The notes below the pieces were generated by a model that was not told the DNA's origin, did no database searches, and was given only the letters and a program-made list of their open reading frames with translations. From Octopus sinensis (Eukaryota): a stretch of 64,000 nucleotides of DNA. Made by a program: the position numbers and the translations under genes. This document shows positions 1 to 14,547 of this stretch, piece by piece. Each line of letters opens with the position of its first letter. Position 1 is the first letter of the stretch. Location of the stretch: positions 74,586,001-74,650,000 of the forward strand of contig NC_043008.1 in assembly GCF_006345805.1 (NCBI RefSeq), read 5' to 3'.

Positions 1-640
1 CATAAGATCAGGCATAGAAGACAAATTGGATAAAAGCCAAGAGAGACAAAGACCAGATAGCTTCCCGATGTAAATTTTGTAAATCAAAAGAGGTAAGTGT
101 TACTCATATAGTAAGTCAATACAGTATGCTGGCACAGAAAGAATACAAGAAAAGACATGACATCCTAAGGAGAATATACTACTTGGAGTTATGTAGAAAG
201 CTAGAATTTGAGCGTACTGATAAATGGTATAAACATGAACTTAGTAAAGTGATAGACTGTAAGAAATATAAGATGTTGTGGGGTTTTAACATTCAGACTG
301 GCAGAGTAGCAGAAGCTAGAAGGCCTGATTTAGTAGTAGTAGATAAAGAGAATAGAAAGTTGTAGATAATTGACTTGAGAGTCCCAAATGACGACAAAGT
401 CAATATGAGAGATATAACTATTGAGTTACAGAGGCTATGGAAATTGCGAGTAAAATGTATCCCTGTAGGTATAAATTTGAACAGATCGATTGAGGCGTAA
501 AGCCTTGAGTAGTACAGCTCCAGTAAACAATGTTATTAGGGATAGCAAGGATAATTAGAAATGTCTTAGAATCTAAGGTTACTTGTAGCCCGATGTTTGG
601 AACATGTATTTTCCAAAAGTCTAATCTAATGTGCGTATAT
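1..640 (+). mobile_element. 3' fragment of an R4/Dong-like non-LTR retrotransposon (restriction-like endonuclease), decayed
   Basis: ORF 126-365 has LAQKEYKKRHD, W.FNIQT and RRPDLVVVDK, then IIDLRVP after a stop (RHD and PD..D motifs of RLE LINEs). C-terminal LLGIARIIRNVL at 530-575. Ends against a (TAA)n tract. Confidence 0.85.
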
Positions 641-642
641 GT

Positions 643-643
<1 letters not shown>

Positions 644-700
<57 letters not shown>

Positions 701-708
701 GTAATAAT
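644..708. repeat. (TAA)n microsatellite
   Basis: Seen directly. Confidence 0.98.
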
Positions 709-709
709 C

Positions 710-1248
710 AATGACCTGATGCAGTACCAGGCAGTGGCTCACATGGCTTCTGATCTTAACTGATTGGAAGTGTTATCATGTACATTGTTTTGTCTTGGTA
801 CAAAAGATGGGCTACAGCAAATATTCTGCTCAATACCACAGATTTCCTTGTCAGTTGCTTGACCTTAACCAGTTGAGCATGTCCCTTAGTGGCTGACGAT
901 ACGTGCATCTCTGATCACTAGCATAAGTAGTGGGAAAGAATCATAGCCATGTGTTGAGGAAAATTCTTTGGGGTTTGGATAATTCACCTTCGGAACCATG
1001 GGTGTTTTGTTCAACATCCTTAAACAATCCTTATTCAGAAACCTTTTGAGTGGGATGGGCTACACGACCTGAAGAAAATTCTAATTGGGCCCCACCTGCA
1101 AGGTCATGCGGTGTTAATCTTGGTATGAGATCACCATATCATGCATGTGACTGGTGTCCCTTATCAAACAGGTAGTGACGATGGATATACTGGGCTTCGT
1201 ATATTTTACCCCAGTGTCACTTTGATGGCATGCAGTGCTCTCTCACTC
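710..1248 (+). mobile_element. Non-coding dispersed repeat, probably a retroelement 3' UTR, lying between two (TAA)n tracts
   Basis: Its last ~65 bp (tactgggcttcgtatattttaccccagtgtcactttgatggcatgcagtgctctctcact) recur in reverse orientation at 39674-39739 and 39862-39927, again beside TAA/TTA repeats. Confidence 0.6.
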
Positions 1249-3235
<1,987 letters not shown>

Positions 3236-3334
3236 AAAAAATAAGAAGATGAAGAAGATGAAGAAGATGAAGAAGAAGAACATCAATAACAACAACAACA
3301 ACAACAAAAACAAAAACAATAATAATAATAATAG

Positions 3335-3752
3335 TCTCAAATTTTGATACAAATTTAGGTTGAGTAGCTAAGTCGATTAAATTGACCCCAGCCTTCAACT
3401 GGTACTTATTTTATCGACCCCCGAAAGGATGAAAGGCAATTCGACTCCGGTGGAATATGAACTCAGAATTTACAGATAAAATGATAAAAACAACAACAAC
3501 AACAATTACAACAATAATAATAATAATAATAATAATAATCCTTTATACTATAGGCACAAGAACTATAATTTTGTGAGGACGGGTAGAGTCTATTACATCG
3601 GCCCAGTACCCAGCTGATATTTTATTTATCGATCCGGAAGGGATGATAGGCAAAGTCGACCTGGGCGGAATTCCAACTCAAAGCGTAGCGACTGGCGAAA
3701 TACTTCTAAGCATTTCGTCCAACGTACTAGCGATTCTGCCAGCTCGCTGCCT
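3335..3752 (-). mobile_element. Two degenerate copies of tRNA-derived SINE family 2
   Basis: Both carry ggtacttattttatcgaccc.gaaaggatgaaaggcaa.gtcgacc..ggcggaatt; the second ends in the head-side gattctgccagctcgctgcc. Same family as 28713-28915 and 56585-56978. Confidence 0.75.
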
Positions 3753-3753
3753 C

Positions 3754-3970
3754 AAGAAGAAGAAGAAGAAGAAGAAGAAGAAGAAGAAGAAGAAGAAGAA
3801 GAAGAAGAAGAAGAAGAAGAAGAAGAAGAAGAAGAAGAAGAAGAAGAAGAAGAAGAAGATGATGATGATGAAGAAGAAGAAAAGAAGAAGAAGAAGAAGA
3901 AGAAGAAGAAGAAGAAGAAGAAAAGAAGAAGAAGAGAAGAAGAAGGAGAAGGAGGAGGAGGAGGAGGAGG
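3754..3970. repeat. (GAA)n/(GAT)n/(GAG)n microsatellite
   Basis: Seen directly; explains the poly-K/F/L ORFs. Confidence 0.98.
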
Positions 3971-4029
3971 GGGGCAAAAACAACTACCACGACAGCGATA
4001 ACAACACCAGAAATAATAATATTAATAAT

Positions 4030-4212
4030 GGCTTAAAATTTTGGCACAAGACCAGCAATCACGGCTGAGAGGGTAAACCGACAACATCGATCCCAGTGTT
4101 TCAATTGTTATTTATTTTATCGACCCTATTTGGATGAAAGGTAATTCGACCTCGGTGGAATTTTGACTCAGAATGTAAAGACGGACGAAATGCTGCTAAA
4201 CATTTTGCTGGC
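4030..4212 (-). mobile_element. SINE family 2 copy, degenerate
   Basis: ttttatcgaccc..ggatgaaagg..tcgacctcggtggaatt..gactcagaatgtaaagacggacgaaatgc. Confidence 0.7.
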
Positions 4213-4779
4213 AAAAGCCGCAAAAACGTTCAGGACAATACAAAGACAGAAGACAGAGGTGATTTACACAGAAACCTAGTAACAATAAAACAATGACAAT
4301 ATGAAAAAAACCATCTTAACAAAAGAACTTCCCAGTACAGGAGAATCGCCACTTAGTGGCAGCTAAGAAACCCAACTGATCCCGGGCCACCCTATTCACC
4401 CACCTTTCAACAAATTTATTAAGGAGGCAATACATCCCTCTCAACCTTCGAAGAGGAAAGTGTCTGTTTTCAGTCCATTCAGCCTCGCCCACCACACTGA
4501 TGTTTTCTGTGTTACTGCTTTTATGTACGACGCGTGGACCCTGCATATTATCTGAAGTTATATGGCTCGTTCAACCACAACGGACATAAAGTTGAGCGTG
4601 AAACCGATACCAGGAAGTGAGTCAAAGAAAAATTGTAAGATAATAATAAAAAATTATACTAATGGATCTCGCTCAAGATATCGAAACAAACTACAAAATT
4701 GAGTACGAAGAATTATTTAGAAGGTAGGTAAGCTAAACACCTAGTTCAATAGTGATAAGTCTCAAGGGTAATACTTACT

Positions 4780-5150
4780 GGTGCTACACCGAAAGGAGAA
4801 TCATCTCGTAGGTTTAGGAAAGCTCTGAATGACCCCAAAGTTGGAATTAAAGCAATTGAGAAACCAGGGAAATCCGTTAGGACACAGGTAAGTAAAACGC
4901 ACCCCTTTGTAAGACTGCATGTAGCACTAGGTATTGTACTGTGTCTAGTACAAAATCTGGAACTCACGATAAAACGAGGAACGTAGTTTGCCAATTAAAA
5001 TGTATGGAGGATGAATGTATGAACTCAACTACAGTATATTTAGGAGAAACTGGCAGTGGTTTGGCTGGAAGAATGAAGATGCATTGGAAAGAGTATAGTA
5101 ATAGGAAACTTATGTCGGTACTGCCGATAGTAGAATGTTAAGGGTAACAT
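4780..5150 (+). mobile_element. Penelope-like element remnant (linker plus GIY-YIG endonuclease)
   Basis: IKAIEKPGKSVRTQVSKTHPF linker followed by RNVVCQLKCMEDEC...VYLGETG..LAGRMKMH, matching the GIY-YIG pattern VY-x-C...YxGET...RxxxH. Confidence 0.7.
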
Positions 5151-6221
5151 AATGATCATCTCTATGTATCTATATGAAACAACTTTATAGGTAAATTAGA
5201 TGGAATCTGTCACTTAATAAAAATACAGATAAAATGTAACAACCACACACCGCCACACACCAGAATAAGCAAATAAATAATTAAATAAATAAATAGAATT
5301 CTACAAATGATATAAGAACATTTACGAATCTTCATAGATATGGATACCTGCGTCTGGTTAACGCATACAACCATGCGTTTGCATTTTGCTTCGTGCTTGT
5401 GCATACCTGTATATTACTTATGCATACCACCATTCCCATGCATCTCGACATATTAGTACTACGACAGACACTTCATCCCCGCCAAAAGAAAGGTAGAAAA
5501 ACACGGAACAAAAACAAAAACAAACGGTATAGACTGGTATGGGCTGGTATATATACATTGTTATGGGTGCTAGGTTAGTAATCATGCACTGTTGCGTAGT
5601 AAACATGCATTGGTGTGTTAATAAACATACATCTGTCTGTGTGTTACTAAGCTTTGCATGGGTGTGTGTGAAATATAGTTCATTGATTGTTTGTTTGTTT
5701 GAGCTGTGGGAATGAAAAACGAACAGTCATCAAGTCATAACAAGATCGGTACCATCCTAAAATAAGTCAAATCACTGAGCTTCAATGTAAGCATGCACAT
5801 CCACCGAAGTACGCCCACATATACGCAGTCCATTTATAATGACTAAAAAATGGCAATAAACATAAAATAAATATATATATATAAACAAATAAATGCTTCA
5901 CACCACTGCCAGTTTCTCCTAAATATGCTGTAGTTGTGTTCGTACTCTCATCCTCCATACATTTTAATTGGCAAACTACGTTCCTCGTTTTATCGTGAGT
6001 TCCAGATTTGTACTACGCTCGCTCACGCACACATAAGTGTACTCTCACGCACTCACAAAATCCAAACTATACCATGCAGGCACGCACCCACCCAACACAC
6101 TAGTGCACGCACGCACACACACACACATGTATAGGCAATAAAGCGTGTTCGCTCAATCCAATCTCTTTTGTTTACACTTTTCTACATATAATTTCCAGAT
6201 ACTCATGGATTTCCGAATGTA

Positions 6222-6442
6222 TACTCTTACTCTCTTTTACTCTTTTACTTGTTTCAGTCATTTGACTGTGGCCATGCTGGAGCACCGCCTTTAGTCGAGC
6301 AGATCGACCCCAGAACTTATTCTTTGTAAGCCTAGTACTTATTCTATCGGTCTCTTTCGCCGAACCGCTAAGTTACGGGGACGTAAACACACCAGCACCG
6401 GTTGTCAAGCGATGTTGGGGACAAACACAGACACACAAACAT

Positions 6443-6477
<35 letters not shown>

Positions 6478-6649
6478 CATATATACAACGGGCTTCTTTT
6501 AGTTTCCGTCTACGAAATCCACTCACAAGTCTTTGGTCGGCCTGGGGCTATAGTAGAAGACACTTGCCCAAGGTGCCACCCAGTGGGACTGAACCCAGAA
6601 CCATGTGGTTGGTAAGCAAGCTACTTACCACACAGCCACTCCTATGCCT
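6222..6649 (-). mobile_element. Full-length tRNA-derived SINE family 1 with internal (CA)/(TA) repeat
   Basis: Minus-strand head ggagTGGCTGTGTGGtaag (A box) and GGTTCAGTCCC (B box), then accttgggcaagtgtcttc; tail of (gagtaaaa) repeats. Homologous to 29645-30000 and 43681-44093. Confidence 0.9.
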
Positions 6650-7109
6650 AGCTACTTACCACACATCCATTTTCGTTAAGAAATTGCACCTGGTAACCAA
6701 TACCCGAGGACGAGCATTAGAAAGCAAACTCCTAGATTCATAGCAAAATTAAATCTTAAGGACATGTATGTATGTTTACACAATCCTTTGTTTATTGTAT
6801 TTTCGTAAACACGAATTTGTAAATTTCTGATTGAGAAAACAGAAATATGTCCTCTGAAAGGATTCGAACTTAGTGCGCATTTCTAAAGAGATGATAGACT
6901 TACCGAGTGGCCCACATTGAACTTTGTTCACGTGACATGTTCATTTGTTTATAGCAAATTTAATTGAAAAATTACATCCCCAGAAGACTATCAGTCATTT
7001 GACACATGGTTCCTCAGTTTCTTGGCAATGAAAGAACAGGATAATTCTACTAATTCTTAACATGAATATCTCCTTGCCAGTTCTATGTATTGTTATCTCT
7101 CTTTCTAAA

Positions 7110-7930
<821 letters not shown>

Positions 7931-8206
7931 ATACATGCGTCTACTTGGTATCCAAATTCTATTGCATAATGCCAGACACAGCTGACCAAATAAAATTCTA
8001 TAACAAAAGCGAAAAGATAATTTTAAAAGCTTAGCTTAGTTCATAAAGCTGTCTGCTATATTTCCATATTTGAACATTAATATTCCGCGCACAGAGACGC
8101 ACATACACATACATACACACACGCTTACACACATACACACACGCGCGCGCGTACACACACAAACACATGTGCATATGTGTCTGTCTATATATAAATATAT
8201 ACATAG

Positions 8207-8237
<31 letters not shown>

Positions 8238-8408
8238 ATACAGAAAGAAACAAAGAAAGAAAGAAGAAAAGAGAGAGGAGTGTGAGAGCATTTAATTCTA
8301 TAACCAGGCCATCAGTTGCATGTCTTTTGTGTCTATGTGGTCTCCCGAACCGTTTTATGGATATGGAATTGAGCCTTTGATCATTTAACAGAACATATCC
8401 AAAGCGTT

Positions 8409-8615
8409 TTGTTGTTGCCGTTGGTGATGTTGTTGCTGTTGTTGTTGTTGTTCTTCTTCTTCTTATGGTTATCATCAACATCATCATTATCATCATCGTC
8501 GTCGTCGGCGTCGTCGTCGTCATCATCATCATCATCAACGTCATCGTCATCATCTTCATTGCTATTATTATTATTACCATTATTAATATTATTGATGTTG
8601 TTACTGTTATTGTCA
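8409..8615. repeat. Compound TTG/TTC/ATC/GTC/ATT trinucleotide repeat
   Basis: Seen directly. Confidence 0.9.
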
Positions 8616-9399
8616 TGTCACTCCAATGTGTTACGTTGTGGTCACTAAAATCGTGAATTCAAGTAGTGAATTTAAGTGGAAAAGTGTTTTATTTAATGCA
8701 GAATTTTCTACCTAGAAGGGTAATTAACAAATTAATTGTTTACTTCATTGTTCACTTTTAATTTACAAAGAAAATATATATTCTCTTCTTTAGTCGCAAA
8801 CAAACAAAAGAGTTTCTTCAAGCAAGAATGTTCGCAAAATTTTGAACCTGCACAAACACGTTTTTATGGAAATTTAACAGGAAAAGGAAGAAAATGAACA
8901 AAAATATCTTACAACAACAACAACAAAAAAGAATTGAAAATAAAATATAGTGACATTTTTGTAGACTGGTGACCTTAGCGTAAACATTTCCATCAACAAT
9001 TTTGGCAACAGCATCAATACGCGCGCCCGCACACTCACGCACTCCTATTCTTTCTCTCTCTCTCTCTCTGTGTTTCTATCTATCTATCAATGTCTATCTC
9101 AGTCTCTCTTTCTTTGTCTTACTATCTATTTGTCTCTCTCTTTCTGTTTTTCTCTCCTCTGTTTTCGTTCCCTCTCTCTTTCTTACAGGGTCTCATACAC
9201 GCGCAAACACACACACAAACGCGTACAAATATACACATACACGCCCGCGTGCACACACACACACATACGCGCACACGCACGCAGATTGTCGAGCGAAAAT
9301 GTTAGTTTCACCGATATTGTAAGAGGCAAGCAATTTAGTGAAATAAATCGAGAATAAAATGTGGTGCGTCACAGCTGTGTATCTCCTTGCCTAGAAAAG

Positions 9400-10400
9400 T
9401 TACATCTGAATGTATGAGCTGGAAAATTAGTGCGAAAAACAGGGAAGCGTTCAATGTAGCCTCAAAAGAGCAACTAAAGAAACCATGGTCGATATGAAGC
9501 AGAGTGCTCTTCATCGACCGGGAAGGGGCATTATGGCAGTGTCTACTTGCTTTTTAAGATCGAGGATGAGGCGTGGGTATATTGGCAGATGAAGAATGAT
9601 GACGTGGCAGAAAAGGAAGGTGTGTTAGAAGTTTACAAATATTCCAAAAGCCATAAGATAGTCCCAGAGATATGTCGCATCATGGTTATGGAAACAAAAA
9701 CAATAAGAATGACAGTGCATGGCAAAAAATAAATCCCAGTGCGTGTGCGAGTTAGAGCCACTTGAAAGCTCCATGCTACTAGAGAACTAGAAGAGGAAGA
9801 AAGAGTATGGTGTATGGCAGCAGACTCAACAAAGACAGCAAATAGCTGAAATTGCTGTGCCAACATTACCACCTGTCTCTTCAGATTGTCACTTCCTCCT
9901 GAGCACCAGAAACTGACTGTGTATAAGTACTCCACCAAGCAATACCACTCCAACCTCTTGCAACCATGTGGTGGTGAAAAAGGTTCGCTGAGAGACACTA
10001 GGAGAAATAAGCGAAAGAAAGTAAGGAAGGTTATTGAGCAAAAGCAGTAGGCGGTAAAATATTTGAAGAGTATTTTCTCATGTATTTTGCTTACTTCGCG
10101 GGTGCAACATATGGTTACGGTCATGGAATTGAATAACGTAGTCGTCCGATGAGAATTGGGAATTCTGAAATACAAAAATGTTAACGATGTGTTGTATGAG
10201 AAAGAAGCTAGAAAGGCAGACTTCAGAAAAGAAAATAACGTGAAAACGATAGGATGTTATTAAAAGCCGCATCAACGGCCTAACATACAGCCAGACAAAC
10301 TTTACAGAGAATATCAGATGCTTTCTACTTCATTTAATAGAAGAAAGACTTAAAAGCGTCTAGTGTAGTCTTAGTTTCGATCCGACAAGAGGCAAGCGAA
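9400..10400 (+). pseudogene. Decayed coding-like segment, possibly LINE ORF1 and endonuclease start (L1/Tx1-like)
   Basis: Microsatellite-free and purine-rich. Broken frames give RVLFIDR, HYGSVYLLFKIEDEA and TKTIRMTVHG. There is no diagnostic motif, so the family assignment is inference. Confidence 0.3.
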
Positions 10401-11859
10401 CAGAAGCATAGTTTACATGGGAAAGGGAAAGATCGCTCTTAACAACAATACACTTTTCAAAGATCAGCTTCATCAGGTTGACCTAATGGTAAGATTATAA
10501 ACAACGGCAGCAATATTCATACATACATGCACAAACTCTACGCACACATAATATACACAAACCGGATTCACTGGTGTAGATTACTGTTGGTATAGCAATA
10601 GATGAGTATAGATGCAGCTTTAACTTCTTCCTGGTGGTCATCCATTTCTATATCAGACGAAAGCGTTGGAATGATGACATTGCTTTATTGACGCTGGTCT
10701 TAACTTCAACTTCAGCTTCTGAGATATGTAAAACTATCGACCGAGATTGATATGTTGTGCTTGGGTGCCATCAAATGGCATTTTGTGTACGCGCGCGCGT
10801 GTATGTGTATGTGTGTGCGTGTGTGTGAAATAAAAATGTCCATTTTTACCTTAACTTCATCGTTGTTTTCATGTTCCTGTAGAATTACGTGAGTAATTAA
10901 TTTTTGTATCGTAATAACAATACTCACTTTATCGATTGTGTCAAGGTCGAAGTTTGAGTTTCAAAAACTGAAATAAATTGTTTCACCGGGGATTGAAACT
11001 CATGCGAACCGATGAGGCTCAATCAAGAACTTGTCGCCATACAAAGCAATGAGAAAACTTCTAAGTAGCCACCACTCTGCTAAGAACAACAGCCAAATCT
11101 TTTTTTAATTCACAGCCAAGTTTATTTTTAAGGACATATTTGTTAATGTAGTCCTAGATACATAATGTATTCAAGAAAACAGAAAGACGGGATAATCACA
11201 ACTTCAAAATCTTTGATTACATTTCATCTGTTGGATCAAAGCTGATTTGAAGCTAAACAGTAAAAATTTCCCAGCATTCTTCGTTTTTGATAGAAATTCC
11301 TAAAAACCGGAAGTAACCTCTCCACCGATTCACTGGCGTTTTAGTTTCGTTACTCCAGAAAATCTGATTTAACTGGACTTAGTTCTCACTAGATCAATGT
11401 TCGAAACAACATCATTTAGCTGTTGTTGTTGTACAAATTGTACATCCCGTCACGCTCTGATACGGTGGATGTGAGGGAGAGGTGAAGAAAAACGGTGTCT
11501 GCGTACGTGCGCGCTTGTGTGTGTGTATGCGCGCGTATGTGTGTATGTGTTTGTGTGTGTGTGTGTGGTGTGTGGTGTGTGTGTGTGTATGTGGTGTGGG
11601 AAGCCAGATAGATTTCGTTCATCCGAAACTGCTGTTAACAATGTAATCAGCAAGCCGATTCTTTGTACATTCTGTTTATCTGATCTCCGTTTAAATATTG
11701 TCCATGGTGTATTTCGATAAGACTTAATGGACGTTGTCACTTCTCGCTTCTAACTTCTCTGTAGAGAATAACATTTCATTAGATATGGCCAGATTAGATG
11801 AAATGATTGCAACTCGTTCTCTCTGCTTCTCACTCTCTTTTTCTCTCTCTCCCCACTCC

Positions 11860-11922
<63 letters not shown>

Positions 11923-12332
11923 TGCTATTTCCTCTGTATATATATATATCTCCCACCGTTACCAACTCTGTTCTGTTGTGTTCCACAATAGCTGTAGCTA
12001 TTTGCAAATTACATTGCAATAACATCCTATATCTCGACAAAAACTAATTCAACTTGAACAATATTATCTTGCAGTTTGCATCCTAAACATATGTGTGTGT
12101 ATGTGAATGTGTATTCATCTATATATGTATGTTCACACACATACACACACACATGTAAGCATTTATACACACACATTTATGTTACCACTCATACACATTT
12201 GTATATACGTAAGTGTATATTAATAGATGCATATAGAATGTATGTATAGGTATGTATGTATATAGATATATAGATATATATATACATATATATACACATA
12301 TATACATACATACATATATATATGTGTGTATG

Positions 12333-12393
<61 letters not shown>

Positions 12394-13000
12394 GCGCATG
12401 TGTATGAATGCATGACCATCAAAGTTACTATACATGTATGTGTACGCAAGTACGCATACACAGATATGCCGACAACATACAAATACACATATAAAGAGAG
12501 AGAGAGAAAGAGAGGACGTGAAAGGTTTCGGTGAATGTGTTTATGAGAATGCGACAAAGGAGGTTGAAATGTAAGTACGAGGAGGAAATGTTAGAGACAT
12601 GGAGTGAGTGAGAATTAGGCGGGTATGGATGAGGCATACAGCACTATGTGGGAGTGGAAAACAAAGGTCAAAACTAAGGAGAAAGAGAAGAATTAACGGA
12701 TTTACAACCAAGAGCGACATAGAGCAGACGACTTATAGCACCACGTGATGAAAGAAAAAGCTGAGGGCATATCTCTTGTCCTGAGAGTTATCGGCCTACC
12801 AGAAATAGCAGCCAAATCTTCTTCAACTTAGCACCATCTTAGAAAAATGACAGCAATTAGAATGTGTTCATGGCTTCATGTTAAGCGGAGGAAAGAAGAG
12901 ATAGTCACATTTGGAAAACTTGTTATCATAGGTCGGCTGATTACCAAGATGTTAGTGAAACATCAGACATGTATTATAAGTCTGTTGATCTATCAGTCTA

Positions 13001-13049
<49 letters not shown>

Positions 13050-13079
13050 ATGTATGTATGTATGTATGTATGTATGTAT

Positions 13080-13570
13080 ACATTCTTTTCTGGTTTTAAT
13101 TATTTGAATTCTTCCTCTGAGAAAGGAGCTGGTTTTTGACAAAAATACAATGTTCTGTCGCTGCAATTTAAATATTAAACTTGTAATAAGTTTTGCATTT
13201 TTTTTACTGTTCCACTTACAAATTGCATTCGTAATGTACAAATTAGGTGGCTGACTTCTTTTTTCAGAAAACTCCAGATTATCCAGATTGTTACTAAAGC
13301 ATTTACTTACAAAACCAAGTGCACCAATTCTTATTCGTATATGTGAATTCATAATCTGAATATAGAAGCTCGTTGATTTTCGGAAAGATACTCATCTCAG
13401 CAGGGCAGCTGACCTCTATGACGGTATATACTTTTCTTGTCTGCCCCGTGCAACAATATCCAGCTTGTTTCTTTACACTTGACCGACGTTAATGTTTATG
13501 TATGCATCCAGTGGGCACTGTACATTTATTCCAGAACACTCTTCGAATGGTATAGTATATTGTTTTAGTG
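13080..13570 (-). mobile_element. 3' end of an RLE-type LINE
   Basis: Minus-strand fragments NKLDIV, VIEVSCPA and RIGALGFVSKCFSNNLDNLEFSEK, the PD..E endonuclease and terminal GALG motifs. Confidence 0.8.
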
Positions 13571-13659
13571 ACAACGTTATGTGGGCATAGTGGGGTAGTA
13601 AATACTATGTATGTGTGTATATATATGTGCGAATGTATGTATGTATGTATGTATGTATG

Positions 13660-14390
13660 TCATTGTTCAGTTTTATTTCAAGATTTCTTGCCAATAGAGA
13701 AAGAGCCGGTTTCTAACTTAGATCTAAGGCTCCCTCATTTGAATTTCAATATCAACAACATGCATATATGCATGTATGTACGTCTATGTGCAGATTTGTA
13801 TGTTTTGTTTCATGTCTGTCTTATGCATATACTTGAATATCTGGACATGCTCATATGTACTTCAGGCTAGTTTTACAGATTTTTACAGTTCCAGTGATGG
13901 ATTGGATCTGTAATCTTCGAATCAGCTTTCTCCATTCTGGTTTTGAGAAGCCTAATTTCTCAAAATTGGTATTTAGGCAGTATGTATGTATATTTGTGTA
14001 CATATGTATGTAAATATGTATATTTGTATTATATATGTACGTATGTATGTTTGTGTATGTATATAAGTATGTATGTATGTATGTATGTACGTCATTATTC
14101 AGTTTTATTTCAAGATTTCGTGCCAATAGAGAGAGAGCAGGTTTCTAACCTAAATCCAAGGCTCCTTCATTGAAATTTTTACATCAGCAACAGGGCATTT
14201 TTTATGTATGTATGTATGTATGTATGTATGTATGTATGTATGTATGTATGTATGTATGTATGTATGTATGTATGTAGGTATATATGTATTTACGTACGTA
14301 TGTATACGTGCATATTTGTATGTTTGGTTTTATGTACGTCTTCTGTTGCATATACTTGCATATTTTAGACATGCTCATATGTACTTAATA
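13660..14390 (-). mobile_element. Two tandem 3'-end copies of a related RLE LINE (13660-13978, 14091-14390) embedded in (TATG)n
   Basis: NFEKLGFSKPEWRKLIRRLQIQSITGTVKICKT (13865-13975). The UTR cattgttcagttttatttcaagatttc...gacatgctcatatgtactt is present twice. Confidence 0.8.
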
Positions 14391-14547
14391 AACTACTAGA
14401 AAGTATGTAAGTGTATATTTCTTCAGACAGGGAAAGACAATACTGTAAATTTATGTTACTCTTGGATAATCCTGTTTGTTTGTAGTGACTATATAAATAG
14501 ACAATCCGTTAAATTTATATACTTCGTTAGTCAATAGTGACGATATA

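Noticed and set aside
3643-4068. Poly-Lys/Arg/Glu ORF and its antisense poly-Phe/Leu ORFs
   Set aside because: Translation of a (GAA)n microsatellite flanked by SINE fragments.
6860-6912. tRNA-like B box (GTTCGAATCC on the minus strand)
   Set aside because: No cloverleaf or intact acceptor stem; at most a decayed SINE head or pseudo-tRNA.
9633-10175. 180-aa minus-strand ORF
   Set aside because: No domain or splice context; probably antisense to a decayed plus-strand element.
11765-11812. Possible pre-miRNA (catttcat...atgaaatg)
   Set aside because: Only about 8 contiguous base pairs, too short for a Drosha/Dicer hairpin.
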